Part shown: positions 12,561 through 26,534 of the stretch, piece after piece
Layout: the number at the start of each line of letters is the position of its first letter
Numbering within the stretch: position 1 is the first letter of the stretch
NCBI GenBank assembly: GCA_050273025.1
Contig: CP158636.1
Coordinates: forward strand, 10,850,001-10,914,000
Origin: Cenococcum geophilum
Lineage: Eukaryota
DNA: 64,000 bases
Direction of reading: 5' to 3'
Translations under genes and position numbers: made by a program
Notes under the pieces: generated by a model
What the model was told of the DNA's origin: nothing
Databases searched by the model: none
What the model saw: only the letters and a program-made list of their open reading frames with translations

Positions 12561-13380
12561 ATACTGCCCTTCCTTTCCGTACGGCCTAAGCTCCCATGGC
12601 AAGCCCAGGACTCGCTCGATCCGATCTAGTAGATGAACAGCCACTTAAATAAGAATCATGATCCGCAGGTTTACGCTACACAGCGGGAAATCACCAAATT
12701 GCAACCCTGGCAGACCTGGGAGCGGCGAAGTGCAAGCGGCGGGGGTGGCAGGGAGAGAGCGATAGATATGTGCGAAAAGAAGGTCATAGAGGTGAATGAT
12801 GCGTACGTAGCAAGTGATCATGAGGAGCACGGCTGGCATGCCTGGCTAGCAAAGAGGGAGTGAGGTGGTAGAAACCGGTCCGCTTGGCTACGAGGACAGC
12901 CCGGAAATTTTAGACAGGTCGAGGTTCCCGGTAGTGGAAGTAGAGCTGACAGAAACACTCGTCCCAGCTTGTGCGGGGTTTTCTTCGATATCGTAGTGGC
13001 CATTTTCGGAGGCGGAGGAGTTGGAGCTTGTGTAACTGGAGACTGCGGCATTCGAGTGGCGGGGGAAGGGTGGGAAACCGTGATTTTTGAGGAAATCATG
13101 AGAACTATTCAATACCAAGGTCACCACAATCTGGGGGATTGTCGCAAACACCTCTGGCATTAGAGGCTAATTTTAAGAGTGTAGCGGTCCGCGCGTCAGA
13201 GTCCATCCTACTCATCTGTCCGATCAATCTTAGGTTCAATCTCGATAGCCGCTATGTGCAATTTTCGGCGCATTCCTTTTCCGGTAGCCTAGGAGTTTCA
13301 CTTCCGTTTTCGGGTCCATCTTGGGTTTTAGCTGATGTGCCTTCAAATTCTTGCGGGGTGTTGGAGAAGTTGCTTTCCTA
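12561..13380 (-). pseudogene. Relic of the middle/C-terminal region of a fungal (AflR-like) zinc-cluster transcription factor
   Basis: ENCT*RLSRLNLRL..VLNSSHDFL..LLMITCYVRIIHLYDLLF..LPGLQFGDFPL..LRIMILI*VAVHLLDRIERVLGLP, with TAG/TAA stops consistent with C->T changes. Upstream 13.4-14.3 kb is AT-enriched and degraded. Confidence 0.55.
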
Positions 13381-14653
13381 GTTTTATACTTTATTCTAAT
13401 ATCTTTACGAATATCGCTAACAAAAAGTTCTTGATCCTTCCTAATTAGGAAATTAGCTCTCGCCCTACTAAAAATATCATGAATTGAATGGTTAAAGGCT
13501 TAAAGGTTGCTTTGAAAACTTTAAATGAAAGATAATGTAGAGGCGATTAATTAATTAATTAATAAATAAGGTATTTTAAAGTCGTAGGCACTACGCGACC
13601 GTATAATCCTGCCCTATACTGGCTCCTTTACCGACTCTATAAGGTCCCCTAGTTAAAAAGTAACCTCTTGTCGCCGTCTTCTTCCTGCTTTCTTGATAAT
13701 CGTTTATATAGATGTTTAGTATTTTGGAGACTCTAGAGGCTCTATACGACGATCTGCGGACAGCTCTATACCTAAGCTGCTAGTAATCGTAAAGTCTCTG
13801 TATGGCGATGTGTAACGGTGGATCGTGTAATGGCTTGACCAAATGCCTCTAAACCGAAGCTTAAACGAATGCTGTATTACAAAGATACTAAGCTAAGGAG
13901 AAGGTCGTTACGGGTACGGAGGACCGCCCAGAAAGAGATTTCTTCTTCCTTTTTGGGACGGGCGGTCAGTCCCCCAACTAAACGGGGGATGACACGCTAA
14001 AGTTACGGGGGCTTTGTCCCCTAAGCAACCAAGCTTGGGGCGCCCTAGGTCCTAAAGAGCTGTTAAAAACAGGGAGCTTACCACCCGTCCTAAAAAGGAA
14101 GGAGAAATCTCCGTACGAGTAAATATCTCGCGAGGAGCGCCGAGACGCTAGTGGTAAGCGAGCCAATAGTAGTGTGGCAGAATATTGCCGTCACAGATCG
14201 TGGTAGGCTGTAGACGTTGGAGGCTTTATAAATTAACGGCTTGACGCCCGAATTAAGTCTTGTATAGCTTTTATATAGTAGCTTCGGCTTTACGAGAGCT
14301 TAATTTAGGAAGTAATATATTGATTTGTATAATAATTTTTCAATTTGGGTGTAATTTGGCAGGGGGTGGCTCGCTTCCTGGGGTGCGACGTTAGTGAAAC
14401 TAATCCGCGATGATACAGTCTTATCATTATGCTGCGCCCCAAATAATCCAACTATCTTATTAGCCCTGCTACTCTTAGTTCAAGCTGCGTGAATCTCAAG
14501 CCTATTCACTGAGAATTGTCTTCTACTCTAGAGACGCCAAAACCTCCTATTTCGTGGATATAATTTATAGCCGGGCTGGAGGCAAGCCTGCCGTTGCCTG
14601 TGTTTCGCAATCGTTCCAAACTCCTAACACAACTGGTTTCAGAACTTCTAAGA

Positions 14654-16222
14654 ATGCCAAACTCCATGGATCATAGAGCCACTACCAACGACCGGTCCAC
14701 AGACCAGATCTTCCCAGAGACCCCCGCTTTGGATGCTGTCAACTCAAATGAAAGAAATACGGCTTCGTTGGAGTCCGACGGTATTCTGCCTCCCCAGATA
14801 CCTCCCTCGATTGAGGACAGTTCGCGAAACAGGAACTGCTCACCGACCGAAGATTGTCCTGCAGTTGAAGGTAACCAGTCGACTGCTGAAGAGAACGTGG
14901 GTGAGCCACCTGCCATTCATGATCACTCTGCAGAGACCTCGACGATCGGCAGTGATAACAACATCTTTACGCCACCAGAAGAGGTAGTAACACTTGATCC
15001 CCGTGGGGATATACGGCTCGTTATTAGCTACTCCGAAGAGGGGCAGGTTACTTTCGTCGCCTCTTCATCATGCCTTCGTCTGGCAAGCGCAAAGTGGAAC
15101 GCTTTACTCGAATCCACAACTTCTGACGCACAGTCTCATATTGAGACTGAACTCTCAGAGAATGATATCGAAACTACTCGGACTATCCTCCAGATTGCGC
15201 ATCTTCATTTCGATAAAGTCCCGACCTCCCTCTCTTTCGAACAGCTTCTCAAAGTCGCCATATTCTGTGGCAAACACGAAACTGCCGGCCTGGTTCGACC
15301 ATTTTTGAAGAGTTGGGCGTGGCCTTGGAGATCAAAGATCCTCGCGGATGGGTATGAACAATGGCTCTTCATTGCATGGGTGTTTGGATTTGAAGAAACC
15401 TTTGAGGCAATTACGCATTCATTAGCGGTTACAATCAAAACGAATCCAGAAGGCGAATGCCTTATTCCGGGCGGAGTTCTCTCCGGATCCCATATTCCAG
15501 GGACTATTATCGGTTAGTAGTCCTGTCATGCAAAGCTCAAGCCCATGCTTATTGAAAATTATTTAGAAAATGTCTTCCGTGTCAGGAACCAGATCATCTC
15601 CGGTACCATCACCGTATGCTATGATTTTATTAAGGATTTGTCAGGGCGCAAAAAGTATTGTGATTCAGAAACAGCCACACCGGACGACATGATAGCATGT
15701 GATTCCGTGGCACTTGGGTCGTTCCTAAGAGGCCTCCATCCACTTGGTATTTGGCCGGTCAAACCAGAACCGACGGCTATCCATATGAGCGTCAATGAAC
15801 TGATACACGAACTGTCCGCCATAAGAGTCTTGGTCCACCCGGGACATGACCAAACAGATGGCTACTTTTATGCCTGCTCCACTGAAGACACCATCCTGAC
15901 TGGTATTCAGCTCTATGCTATCTTAATATGCGAAATCCCAATCCTTCTAGATGAACATCGGGAGCACTTCTCGCAATGCGGGGGATTCTCATTGGATCCC
16001 TGGATGGAAGGATCGGACGCTATTGCTCAGCTAGGCTTTAAAGAGCGAGATTACGGGAACATCTCTTCAGACAGCGAGGCGGACGAGGACTATGAGCCGA
16101 CAGAAGATGATCCATCTGAACCAGCTGAGGAGTTCCTCGACACTGATGAGGACAGCTACACTTCAAATGAAGAAGACTCCTTCGATAACGTAGATGAGAC
16201 AGGAGAAGGAGAACTGAGCTAA
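14654..16222 (+). CDS. BTB/POZ-like domain protein with acidic C-terminal tail; intron 15513-15566
   Basis: Motifs LDPRGDIRLV, FVASSSCLRLASAKW, ILQIAHLHFDKVP..LSFEQLLKVA and WLFIAWVFG are typical of fungal BTB proteins; the GT-AG intron keeps frame. Confidence 0.85.
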
Positions 16223-17060
16223 GTTGCTCTTCCAGGCAAATACATGAAACAGGTAGCCTTGCTATTATACGATTCTTTCAAGTTCACTTTTACATTCGTA
16301 GATTGATCAAATCTTTATGTTAACCCTAGGATTTTCGTTACTAGACTATTTGACCAACGCCAGAAAGCTACTCTTACTTTTATGGTGATGTTTCTTAGAT
16401 AATAGATATTGCAGAATAGTTTCATACGCGCCATGTTACTAGTAGGGTATTGTGTGCTGTCGAACGAACTCGTGTGTAGATTGATCTATGAAGAAAAGAG
16501 ACTATACATGAAAATCGATGAGTCATAGGCACCCCTGATCTAACCCTAATATAGTAGTGATCGGCACCAGGTCAACATATACACTTGGCTGACTTGTGGT
16601 CAGTCAACTCCCCTCTAGCCTGCAGCTCAATAATTTGAACGAATGGCGACGAAGGCCATGTGCGGGTTATTCATCACCGGCAACGCGTTTATGGACCAGC
16701 GGATTATCCTCGACTAACCAAAGCTTTACCCCATCTCTCGACAGATCTAATGTAACTTTGTTAAGATGTAATAACTCTGCTGATTTCTTTCACCCATTCC
16801 ACTACGTTCGTGGTTAGAAGGCTGCTCTCACATGCAAAACTTCTAACACGGTGGCGAAAAATTTATGAAATTGTATTAACGTTTTGTAATTCTGCAATTT
16901 CAAAACAAATTATGTCTCTCTGAGACGGTTGCGCTGGAAGAGAAAGTAGAATGAAGCACGAAAAAACCCATAAATCAACCATCACCTACACGTCAACTTA
17001 CATCTCAAACTCGGAATCGCACCAAACAACGCTCGCTTTACAATGACCTGCTTTTCACAA

Positions 17061-20000
17061 CTACTCATCCCCAGCTCTGTGCAGAACCCTGTTATCCAAA
17101 AATTCCCAACTCTTCAAGCCTGTAAACGAGCCCTCAGTGCTCTCTGCCTTCCCTCCACCGAAGCCCTTAGTCTGCCACTTCTCCACGCCCTCCACGCCCT
17201 TCAATTCGGAGCCAAAGGTCCTGAAAACATCCGCATTCAACCTCTCGTACTCGCCATGGGCCTTGGGCCAGCCACCAAACCTCTGGTACGCATACTTGAG
17301 GAGGCGGAGGTGCGTCAACGCAAGCTTGCCCTTATCGACCAGCTTTCCGTCCTCGCCCAACGGTTCCAACTCCTCCTGCTCGCCATTAACGCTGATGCCG
17401 TGCTCAGCAAGGATGGCAGAGCAAGAGTCATCTTCGTCGTCGTCATCTGCACCAATGCTATCGTTGACGAGCAACCTCAGTAAATCCTCATGCACAAACA
17501 GGGCCTTCCTGAGATACTCGTTGGCCATTGCACTAGCACTCTTGTTGGTAGCGGCGTCCTTCTGGTAGTGTTGGCCGGTGCTGGTATACAGTTGAGCGAG
17601 CAGAGCATAGGTTTCCAGAGTGGCTGGGTGGCGAGCGCCATGGACCCTACGCATATTGTAGGCAATATCTTCGCAAAGACGAAGGGCCTTGATAGAGTGA
17701 CCGGCGAGGTAGCGAGCGCAAATGAGGCGGCGACCAAGATTGAGAAGAACCTGAGGAGGCCAGGTGCGTTGGGCGTCGCGCGTACTCCAGAGTGTGGTAA
17801 GGAGCCACTGTGAGTAGTTAGTGTCTTTGTCACTATTTCGGATAGAATTATTTGATATCTTACCTCGAGTGTCACATAGTCTTCCTGCTCGCCCAACAAC
17901 ACGACAAGCTGGTTCAACTCCGGTAATTGCACTTGAGCAAAATTGATCTTCGTGCGCTTGCAGATGTTCAGAATTTCCTTCACTATTTGATTCGAGAGCT
18001 GAAGCATCTGCTTGCGAAGACCCTCATCAGGACATCTTTCTCCATCCCGGCCAACAATACACGAGGCAAGTTTGAAACCATGACCGATTGCTTTGGGTCC
18101 GCTGTATCCATCGTGGGAGACGGCGAAGATGAAGGCACAGTTCGCGACATCGTACGCCTCCGGGAATTTCTTGGTCTTAGTAAGGACAGCCACCCGATCA
18201 TTAGAAGCAAGAATGACGGAACGAACAAAGTTCTTGCTCTTCCTATTACCCAGGTGCTCTAGGATTGCGACAATGAAGATGCGAGGTGATGCCTTACTCA
18301 ACAGTTTGAGTTTAGTAATGTCCCGCTGAATAAACAGCTGAACAATCTCATCTTCGAGAGTAACAACAAAGTCGTTCAGATTCCTCCTTACCAAAAACCA
18401 ACGAAGGGGGGCGGCAGCTAACACAATCTTGTCTAGGTCCTCGTTGGCTTTCATAGCGCGCCTGAATTTCTCATAATAGACGGCCTCTGCGATGATATCG
18501 GCCATAATCTCAGAGAATGTGACTGATATGTCAGTCCGAGTATGATACTCCAGAGCGGCCAAGAAGACCAATGAGGCCCGTCCACAGTTCTTGAGATCGA
18601 AGGACCACTTTGATGCATGACGAGTATCTTTAGCAATAATCTGGCGATGTAGTTCAAGCACGAGCTCTCTGCAACGTTGCACCTGGTTGCAAGCATGGAA
18701 GGTCTCCGCGATGAATTTTCCAGACTCCAGCATCTTTTGAGACGAAGTCTCACGGGTGTTTATCTGAACCACGGCATTGACCAGTTCCTTAACAGCAAGC
18801 TCCGTCTTTTGTTGTTTGGTGTAGAGCACCGACAGTTCCCGCAAATGGTTCAACGTCATCTGATGCGAGTATCCGTACTTACTCCTCATTTCAGAAAACT
18901 GCTCGAGATATATGCTTGTAGCTCTCTCGATTGTCTCTGTTTTGGTGCTCGTAGATGACTGCGACGTAATTTGGCGGATATACAGCGTTGACAGCGTCTG
19001 CTCAATTTCGGTTTTGCTCACCGAGGTCGACGAAGATGATTTGGAGACTTCCTCATACAGGGATATCGCTTGCGAGCTGTGCTTTTCACTTTTCTGAGAG
19101 ACACGAGCTAGGGCTAACTTTGCTTCAACAGTGAGTGACGAGGTAGCCCCAAATTTCTTGCTGCATGTCTCGCGATACTCGGTCGTGACTCGGTACAGCA
19201 GTTCCCAGTCAGCCCGTGTTTCTTCAAGGCACTGGGAGTACCGCTCGTAGAGTACCTGAATCAGTTTCGTGTCGCTAAACTGTTTGTATTCGCTTGTCTT
19301 GCGGACAAAGGTGTTCCAGAGCACAGCAAAAACTTGAACAGCCTCAGCGTATCGCCGTTCTTCCCAGTAAGAGTTGGCGACAATCGTGATGGCCTCCATA
19401 GCATTAACATGGCATATATCTGAATCTTTATTCAGGTTGGTCACAATCTGCTGGTAGTATTCAATCCAGTACGGGTGACTTCTTGCGTGATCCCGGCAAC
19501 GGGAGCCCAAAGCGTACAGCGTCTGTATGGTGGTTTCGTGACTAGAGCCGTAGGTCTTTCGGTACACCACTAGGACATCTTGGAAAATGCCGATGGCCCT
19601 ATCGGGATATCCGTGCTTATCATAAAAGTTTATCAGAAGCCACTTGACTTTGTCGAGCAAGGTGTTATCCGATTGTTTTGAGACCAAGACAGCACGGAAT
19701 AGTCGAAGGTAAACATCTTCAACCTTTTCAATTTGCCTTTGCTCAAGATAGCATTCAGCTAGACGCTGAACAAGCTCAATAGATTCTTGCAGAAATGTTG
19801 AAGTCAAGGTGACGTCGTGAACAGATGCGGATAAGAACGAGCTCCATGTTCTTTGCAGGGTTGACCTAATGATTGAAGTAGCTTCGGACCATTTTTTCTG
19901 TTCCATATACTTAGTGGAAAGCCTCTTAGCAAGTGTCATAGTCGTGGATTCGATCGCTTTAGATTTATCTGTAATCATGGACTGGAATACTTCTTGGAAA

Positions 20001-23000
20001 ACAGACTCAGAGACAGTGCTAGTGCTCTCCGTCGTAGTGGTTGTTGTCAGGGTATGTTTAACAACTTCAGTTGAAGTTATTGAGATCTAATCATAATAAA
20101 TTAGCGATCGGGCTTCGGAGATACAATCACTAATAGGTGATCATCTGGAAGACAAATGCTGACTAACCTCTCGCTGTATTTCGGTGAAACTGTGCGTTTC
20201 TTCTTTCCGCACATTCTTGTAGTATGAGCTGGCATGTTTGAAGATTGAGAGAGCGGCAGTGTAACTGCCAACAGTTTTCATCGTCTTCGCGACTTCAGTG
20301 AGCCGTGAAATAATGCTCTCGGAGAAGGACAGTTCGTGGTGTTCGTATTCTTGCCACAAACAAGTAAGAATGGCGGACGTCTCACTTTCACGTTTCTGAG
20401 ACTCCAGGAATTGCGAGTATGCAAGCACAACGTCAATCTTCCTCTCATGCCATTCTGTTGAAAGTGTGTTGCGACATCGCTCGGAGATTTGTTGCCAAAG
20501 CTCGACATAGGTCTGCTCCGCCAAGGAAAATTCCCCGCGTGAAATGTACGTCTGAGCTCTTTGCAGAATAACTGTGATTTGATGACTGTCGATAGACTCG
20601 ACAGATTCTTCATCATCGGTGTCCGTGAAGAGAGAGTCCTTGTACGTCTCAAGAGCTTGGTCACCCTTGCCCTTACCGAGCACAATGTTGAGATGCTCCG
20701 AAACTCCACGAGCTTCATCCGAATGCTTACCATAGTGCTTGATAGTGGCTTCATGTATGGTACGATAGAGTTCAGTCGCACGCTGCTCTTCATGGATATG
20801 CATGTATAGTTCAGCGAGAGTCTTCTTTGTCTGGATGACGATTTCCGAGGTAGCTCCGTACTGGTGCTCATATGCCTCAATGAGAATAATGAGGACCTGC
20901 TCTCTATGTGTCATAGTTTCCGTTCGGGATGTTGATATCATCGTTTCCGTAGTGCGAAGGAAACGATTCGCGCATTCCACTGTCAAAGGATGAAAGTTGC
21001 TGAGCACCTTACGGCTTATAGCCGTGCACAAATAATAATACTTGCCGGATTCCGTGGGTTTTGAAAGAAGGTCGTAATAGGTGGCGCAGGTTAGGTATGA
21101 CTGGAGCACAACGGGGTGATTTTCTGTTAGTACCTGGCGTCGAAGCCGTCCTACCATTATATGCAAGTCAAGCGCCTGCGGAGTAGGAATTTGAGCCTCC
21201 CAGCAGAGTTTTTCAAGAATAGTCAAAGTCGTTGTGTCTGGGAAAACCTTTTGCACCTCAGCAGTAAGATGGAAGTCCCCAGACTGCTTTGGCGCTATTG
21301 AGGACTGGTTCAAATGGAAGACCCAATATCGAACGACATACTCCAGAAACTGGTGTCGGTGGAACAGTCTGTCAGCGAAGGCCTGATCGGAAATCTCGAA
21401 AGTTGGTTCTCGTTTCTCTCGTAGTGTCAGCTTCGCGTAAGTAAGCGTCCTCAGAACGAGATCCATCTGTCTATCTTTGATTGGCATTGGTATCTTGCCC
21501 TGATCGATGAGCGTATGTAGAGAACTTTGTACAGCGCTGTGTCGGAGGCGAACGATATCCTCATGGATTGACAGGATAGGCTTCAGAGAATGAATAGCAC
21601 TTTGAATGTCCACGCCTTTGTCCAAGACGGTTCCGCGGTGGTAATCCACCGAGAATAAACTGCTAATTTCTGACAGGGTAAATGGGCGTTCGGCGGCCAC
21701 AAGCCAAGACAGGATAGTCTTTGCGTTGTTATTTGGCTCTAAGGCCGAGAGCAATTTCAGCGTGATGTCTTGAATGGAAAGCCGAGAAGTTTCAAAGCTC
21801 TCCACGGCCTTCATAAAACTTTCTTGTGACTTCTCGAGCATCAAAAGTTCGCATGCGAGAACCGCCCAAAGGAAAGACCCATCTGCTGCTTGGATAATAC
21901 GACCGAATATGCTCTCCTGCTCTGGGCCTGGCTTTCCGTGTAAATGATGGCAGTGCCTCAGAGACCTAAGGGCGACCGCATGAATGTCGTCGTGAGTGTC
22001 CTCACGTGTAACAGCTAATTGAGAACCACCACCGCGAGATGAGGTAGAGAGTGATTGCGATAAAACAATCAATTTAACATGTTTCCCTTGGCTAACGACG
22101 TCTACTAGCTTCTCCAACAAAGTCTGAGACGTCGTTTTTCCACCGGCAATTTCATCAATGCCATCAACGATGATGACCAACTCATTTGCATTCTCTAGCG
22201 GATACTTGAGAGCATCAGCTAATGCCTGCCAAAGGTGATCTTCGTACATCTTGGCATCGGTAGAACATCGAGACTGCTCATAGACATGAACCAAAGCCTG
22301 ATATATGCGCATGTTGCCCACTCGTTGGTTGAGCAGCTGGTATAAGAGAGACTTGATAACATTCACTACGGTGGCTTGGGATGGAATACTTGAATCTGGC
22401 AAAGTTAATTAGTATATGTTGGTATCAAATACTTAGTATTTATCGTCTGGCTAAAAGATTTGTGTTGACAGCAAGGTGGAATATCTCCTGGCTCTCTAAT
22501 TCCAGTAGGGTAGTTATTGACTTACTGATTAAGCAGAATAGAGTAGAGAAGGATCTGCGGCCAAGTGGGCGCTGAAGTCGTTCAACAATCGACGCAGCCA
22601 ACACTGTTTTGCCACACCCGGGCTGGCCGGTCACGGCTAAATAGCTGTTGTTGCTTTGAATGAATCTTGAGAGGTGTTTTTGAAACCAGAGACAAGTGAA
22701 TTCCGCTTGATGATCGACAAAAGTAGTGTGATCGCGACTCAACGAGGCAAGGACGTGGTCTTGAGGAGCCAGCCATCGGCTCAATATCTTCACATCAAGA
22801 GCTGTTGGGATGGTCAGTAATGGCGCTCTAACCGACTATGGATGACCTCATACCCTCATTTACATTAAGACCTTCATCTTCGATCTGGTAACTCCATATA
22901 GCCTCGGTCAGTTTGACTTGCCTAGAGCGAAAAGTCTCGATGGTGTCGCCGAAGACTTCATACATGTCCAAGCTGACTGAGGATGACATCATGCCTACAC

Positions 23001-23818
23001 CATAGTTAGTACGGCTAGATGCGAATCTCACTAAGCACTTACCGTTGACAGTCTTGTAGAAGCGTATGGCGACATCAGTCACCAAGCTCAAGAGATCCGT
23101 ATACATCATGCAGAGTTGTTCACGTGTATCGGACGTAACGCCGAGCAGTTCAGATCGGTCCAGCAGCGAAGACACTGTCAATGAGCACTTATAAAAGAAC
23201 CCAAACGCCTTATCCAGAGCTGCGGAGTTTTCATGCCCGAGCTATACGACATATTTAGAGAAGCGGCTTTGAGAAAGATGAAGGTTTACTCACCTCAAGC
23301 AAGAGCCGGGCGTGCCCATATCCTATCTGAGAAGCAGCATTGCTGTCAAGTGCAAAGCCTTGAATGGCGATTTCAAAAGCATGCAATTGCTCGGCAAAAT
23401 ACTGAGCTCGAATTAACACTTTATCCCATGTGCTCCCCTTGTGCGGGAGAGTTGCCAAGCGCTCTGATCTGATGGCCTCGATGAGATTGATGAAGGAGAC
23501 ATTAGTCGCACTCTGGGATACACCAGCACCTAGCTCTGACATGCTTTTTCTCTTCAGTGTCGAGGCTGTTTCTTGAACCAAGCTCATCTTGTAGTTGCCA
23601 CTGTACTGGCTATGACGAATAGTGTGGTTCATAGAGCTGACCCTAGAGTTGCCATTTGCCCCTTGGATACCGTTCTGGTTGGAGATGCCATTGTGCCTGA
23701 TTTTGGAAGGGAAAAAAGCACGAGGGGAGGCTGGAGGGCTACTGAAGCTGTTCGTTCCGTTGGCGGTGTGACTTTTCATGGTTAGAGTTGTGACACTTCT
23801 GGCGACATCTGTAGTCAT
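17061..23818 (-). CDS. Large NACHT NTPase with TPR-like C-terminus (fungal NLR-like), about 2,100 aa; exons 23818-23294, 23241-23043, 22994-22854, 22801-22526, 22395-20168, 20086-17864, 17807-17061 (a short upstream exon is possible)
   Basis: Walker A GQPGCGKT, Walker B IIVDGIDE, ADGSFLWA, WLVAAERP, and helical repeats with HPLT/HETT/HQMT/HPAT motifs; six GT-AG introns keep frame. Confidence 0.9.
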
Positions 23819-25297
23819 TGTCGCCGCGACCTCTGACTCAGGAGGAAGGTTTTGTGTGGTTTTAGGAATTGAAGAGTTGGAAGAGGCCGTTCTGCGTTTT
23901 CCTATGCTCTTGATTAGTAGGGGTCATATGTACCCTCAGGAGGAATGGCGGCACAGGACAAACCAAAAGGATTATATCTGAGTCCAAGCATGTGCAGTAG
24001 GTGCGGGAAGCAGGAACAGCATGAACAGTAGGGAGAGCTCTTTGCTTTACCCATAAATATGCTGCCGGATGAGAGCCAAATATACCCGGGAGGGGGCAGA
24101 TGGCGTAAGATAAGTACTGGGTAGTGATGCAGGCTTATTAGCCGATCCAGGTATAACTCAGAGATGAAGACCAAAAGAAATCAACGAGACCGAAGCCAGT
24201 AACAATCCTGGAGGGCGTTCAGAACTAAGCTGAGCAGCAGGGAGAGCTGGAGCAAAGGGACCAATCAGGTGTGGAGAAAGTGGCGTGGGCTGCACAGAAG
24301 CAATAGAAAGCATGACGTCCCGCCAGGGTGGAAGCTGAGATGGTGCAGGCTAGAGACGATTCACGGCTTGGAGCTTCAGACGCAGAGTGACACAAATGCA
24401 CAGGCCCATGGGAAGCCAGGAACACTAAACAACCCCCAGGCTTTTCGACATGCATGGGTTGGCATGAGTTGGCAGGGTTGACATGCTTGCGACAGATCAT
24501 CGCACACATGCGGGGTTGTGTCTCCAAAAGGAAAGTGGGCGTGCTAATCGTACGCTTTGGGAGTTAGGGCGGGCCGTTCCGGGAGTAATTCCTGTGGCGC
24601 ACTGGGCAGGTGTGACTACCCTTTCCGATCGATCCCTGATCTGCAGAATCGAGCAGGACAAAGCTGCGACGCGAGTTGAAAATTGACTGACTGCTATCCC
24701 TTTAAGCATCCTAGGAAGGGAGCGCCTACCTCCTCCAATTTCTCCGTGACGTTGCACTCTCTGAGGCCATTGTTCGGGCCTCGTGGCTGGCTGGCTTGCT
24801 GGCTACCTGGCTGTAGCTCCTTGCCGAAAATCCCTCTCACGCCCTCCCGCCGCCAAACGAGACCCATGCTTGGCTTTCGCTCGTTCAGGTGAGCAGCAGG
24901 TCGAACTGTCGTTGGCGCATCACTTTATCAATTGATATGTCGGTGCGAAGCGAGCGGTGCTCTCTCACATCCGAGAAGTTTTCGGCCAACCCGACCGCAC
25001 TGCGAAAACCCCGCTCGACTAACCTTGGGCGCTCAAAGATCTGAGCGATCAGCCCGCGACTCACCAAAGTCAGGCACGTCCGATGAGATCAACCAACCTG
25101 CCTCAACATCTATTCGATGGACAGGATCCCCTGTGTTTGCCTCAGCCCGCTTCAGTCCACTCCAATGGTCCGCTCAGATCGACTTCAGTCCCACGATGCT
25201 TTGCATTTGGCATTGGAGTGAAAGTCAGAGGGTTGGAGGGATGTTCTTGGTGCTGCGGTAGTCTAGCTCAATCAGACCAGTCGCCATCTGGCTTCGG

Positions 25298-25359
25298 TGG
25301 CTGGCTAGCTTTTAGTGGCTGGCTAGCTTTTAGTGGCTGGCTAGCTTTGGTGGCTGGCT
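25298..25359. repeat. 18-bp minisatellite, about 3.5 copies (TGGCTGGCTAGCTTTTAG)
   Basis: Directly visible tandem units. Confidence 0.85.
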
Positions 25360-26534
25360 GACCTCGGCAGCGGCCGGCGCTACTGTTCTGGATGCCCATT
25401 TATGACTTTTGTTGCGAGAACCTATGAAGTGTCGCCTCAACCTCATTTGCAGGACCCGGTAAAATCACAGCCCTCGCATAACCCTACTCAAGGAAGAAGA
25501 TCATCGTCCATATCGGAGCTCCCACGAACCCTCTCTTACCCGCAGCTCCCTCACCTTCCTCTCCTTCAAGCCAGCGGACATGGAATCCCCAAAGAGAGCG
25601 CTCCGGAGCGAGTAAAGAGTCCGCATTAATCATTGATCGTATTGCATGCGGATCAGTCTGTCAGCTACCTTGGCTTGGGTCACTTCTAACTCCGGCTAGG
25701 TCGATCCCAATTTTGACTTGCATTGCTCGCTCCATTGATCGACAAAGCTCTTCTTGACTCCACGATCGGACCCTCAATCGAACCAGGGACTGACGGGTGC
25801 GTCAATTTACCTCTAGCAAGCATTGCGACTGCTAATTGCTTTTCGCCATATGCAGAACGCAAGCCCCCCTAGCTTCCCCCATGTGCCGCTTCTACGCCCA
25901 CTACTAACACCACTCCCAAAACGAGGGCGCACTGGAAGCCATGGTTATTGACCAGTTCAAGCTAACCCCCAGAGTACGAATAAAAGCAAAATTCTTCATC
26001 AATATGCGCTAGCGCACTTAAACCACTGTCTACCGGTGCGACAACATAACTCTGCCGTTAATTGCGTAGACACATAGATTATTCAGATAGACCTGCCCTC
26101 ATCCAGCCATTCTTACCCCGCTTAAGAGTAACAACACTTTGTGGGTTAAAACTTCAAAATATTAAAACCTTGCATCCCGGCCGCGTGCACGCCGCGACAC
26201 GTAAAGACTAGCAGGACAATGTGTCGGGGTATTTCACGTATTACGTAGATATCTATAGATCTTTCACGAAAGTGGGGGTGCGTTCACCAATCAAAGCACT
26301 AAATATCATTGGATGCTCTCTAAATACTGCTCTCATTGTTAGTTGCAGACATAGCCCTCTGCTTGTCTCCACTCCAGAATTCTGGTTCGCTAAACCATGA
26401 CCCCTTCGTCGAGGCGATTGTCGAAAGCCAAATATGGCCTAGTTCAGGGGTTCTACAGGGAGGGTTCCCCCTCATAAATAGCCTAAATTCTCATCCTCAT
26501 GCGAGTTCTGACAGTTTTAGACGAGGGCTACGTA

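Noticed and set aside
13450..14340. Possible Zn2Cys6 exon of the transcription-factor relic
   Set aside because: Too degraded to read the cysteine pattern with confidence.
24200..26500. Many short overlapping ORFs
   Set aside because: No domain signal or consistent frame; most likely the upstream and intergenic region of the NACHT gene.
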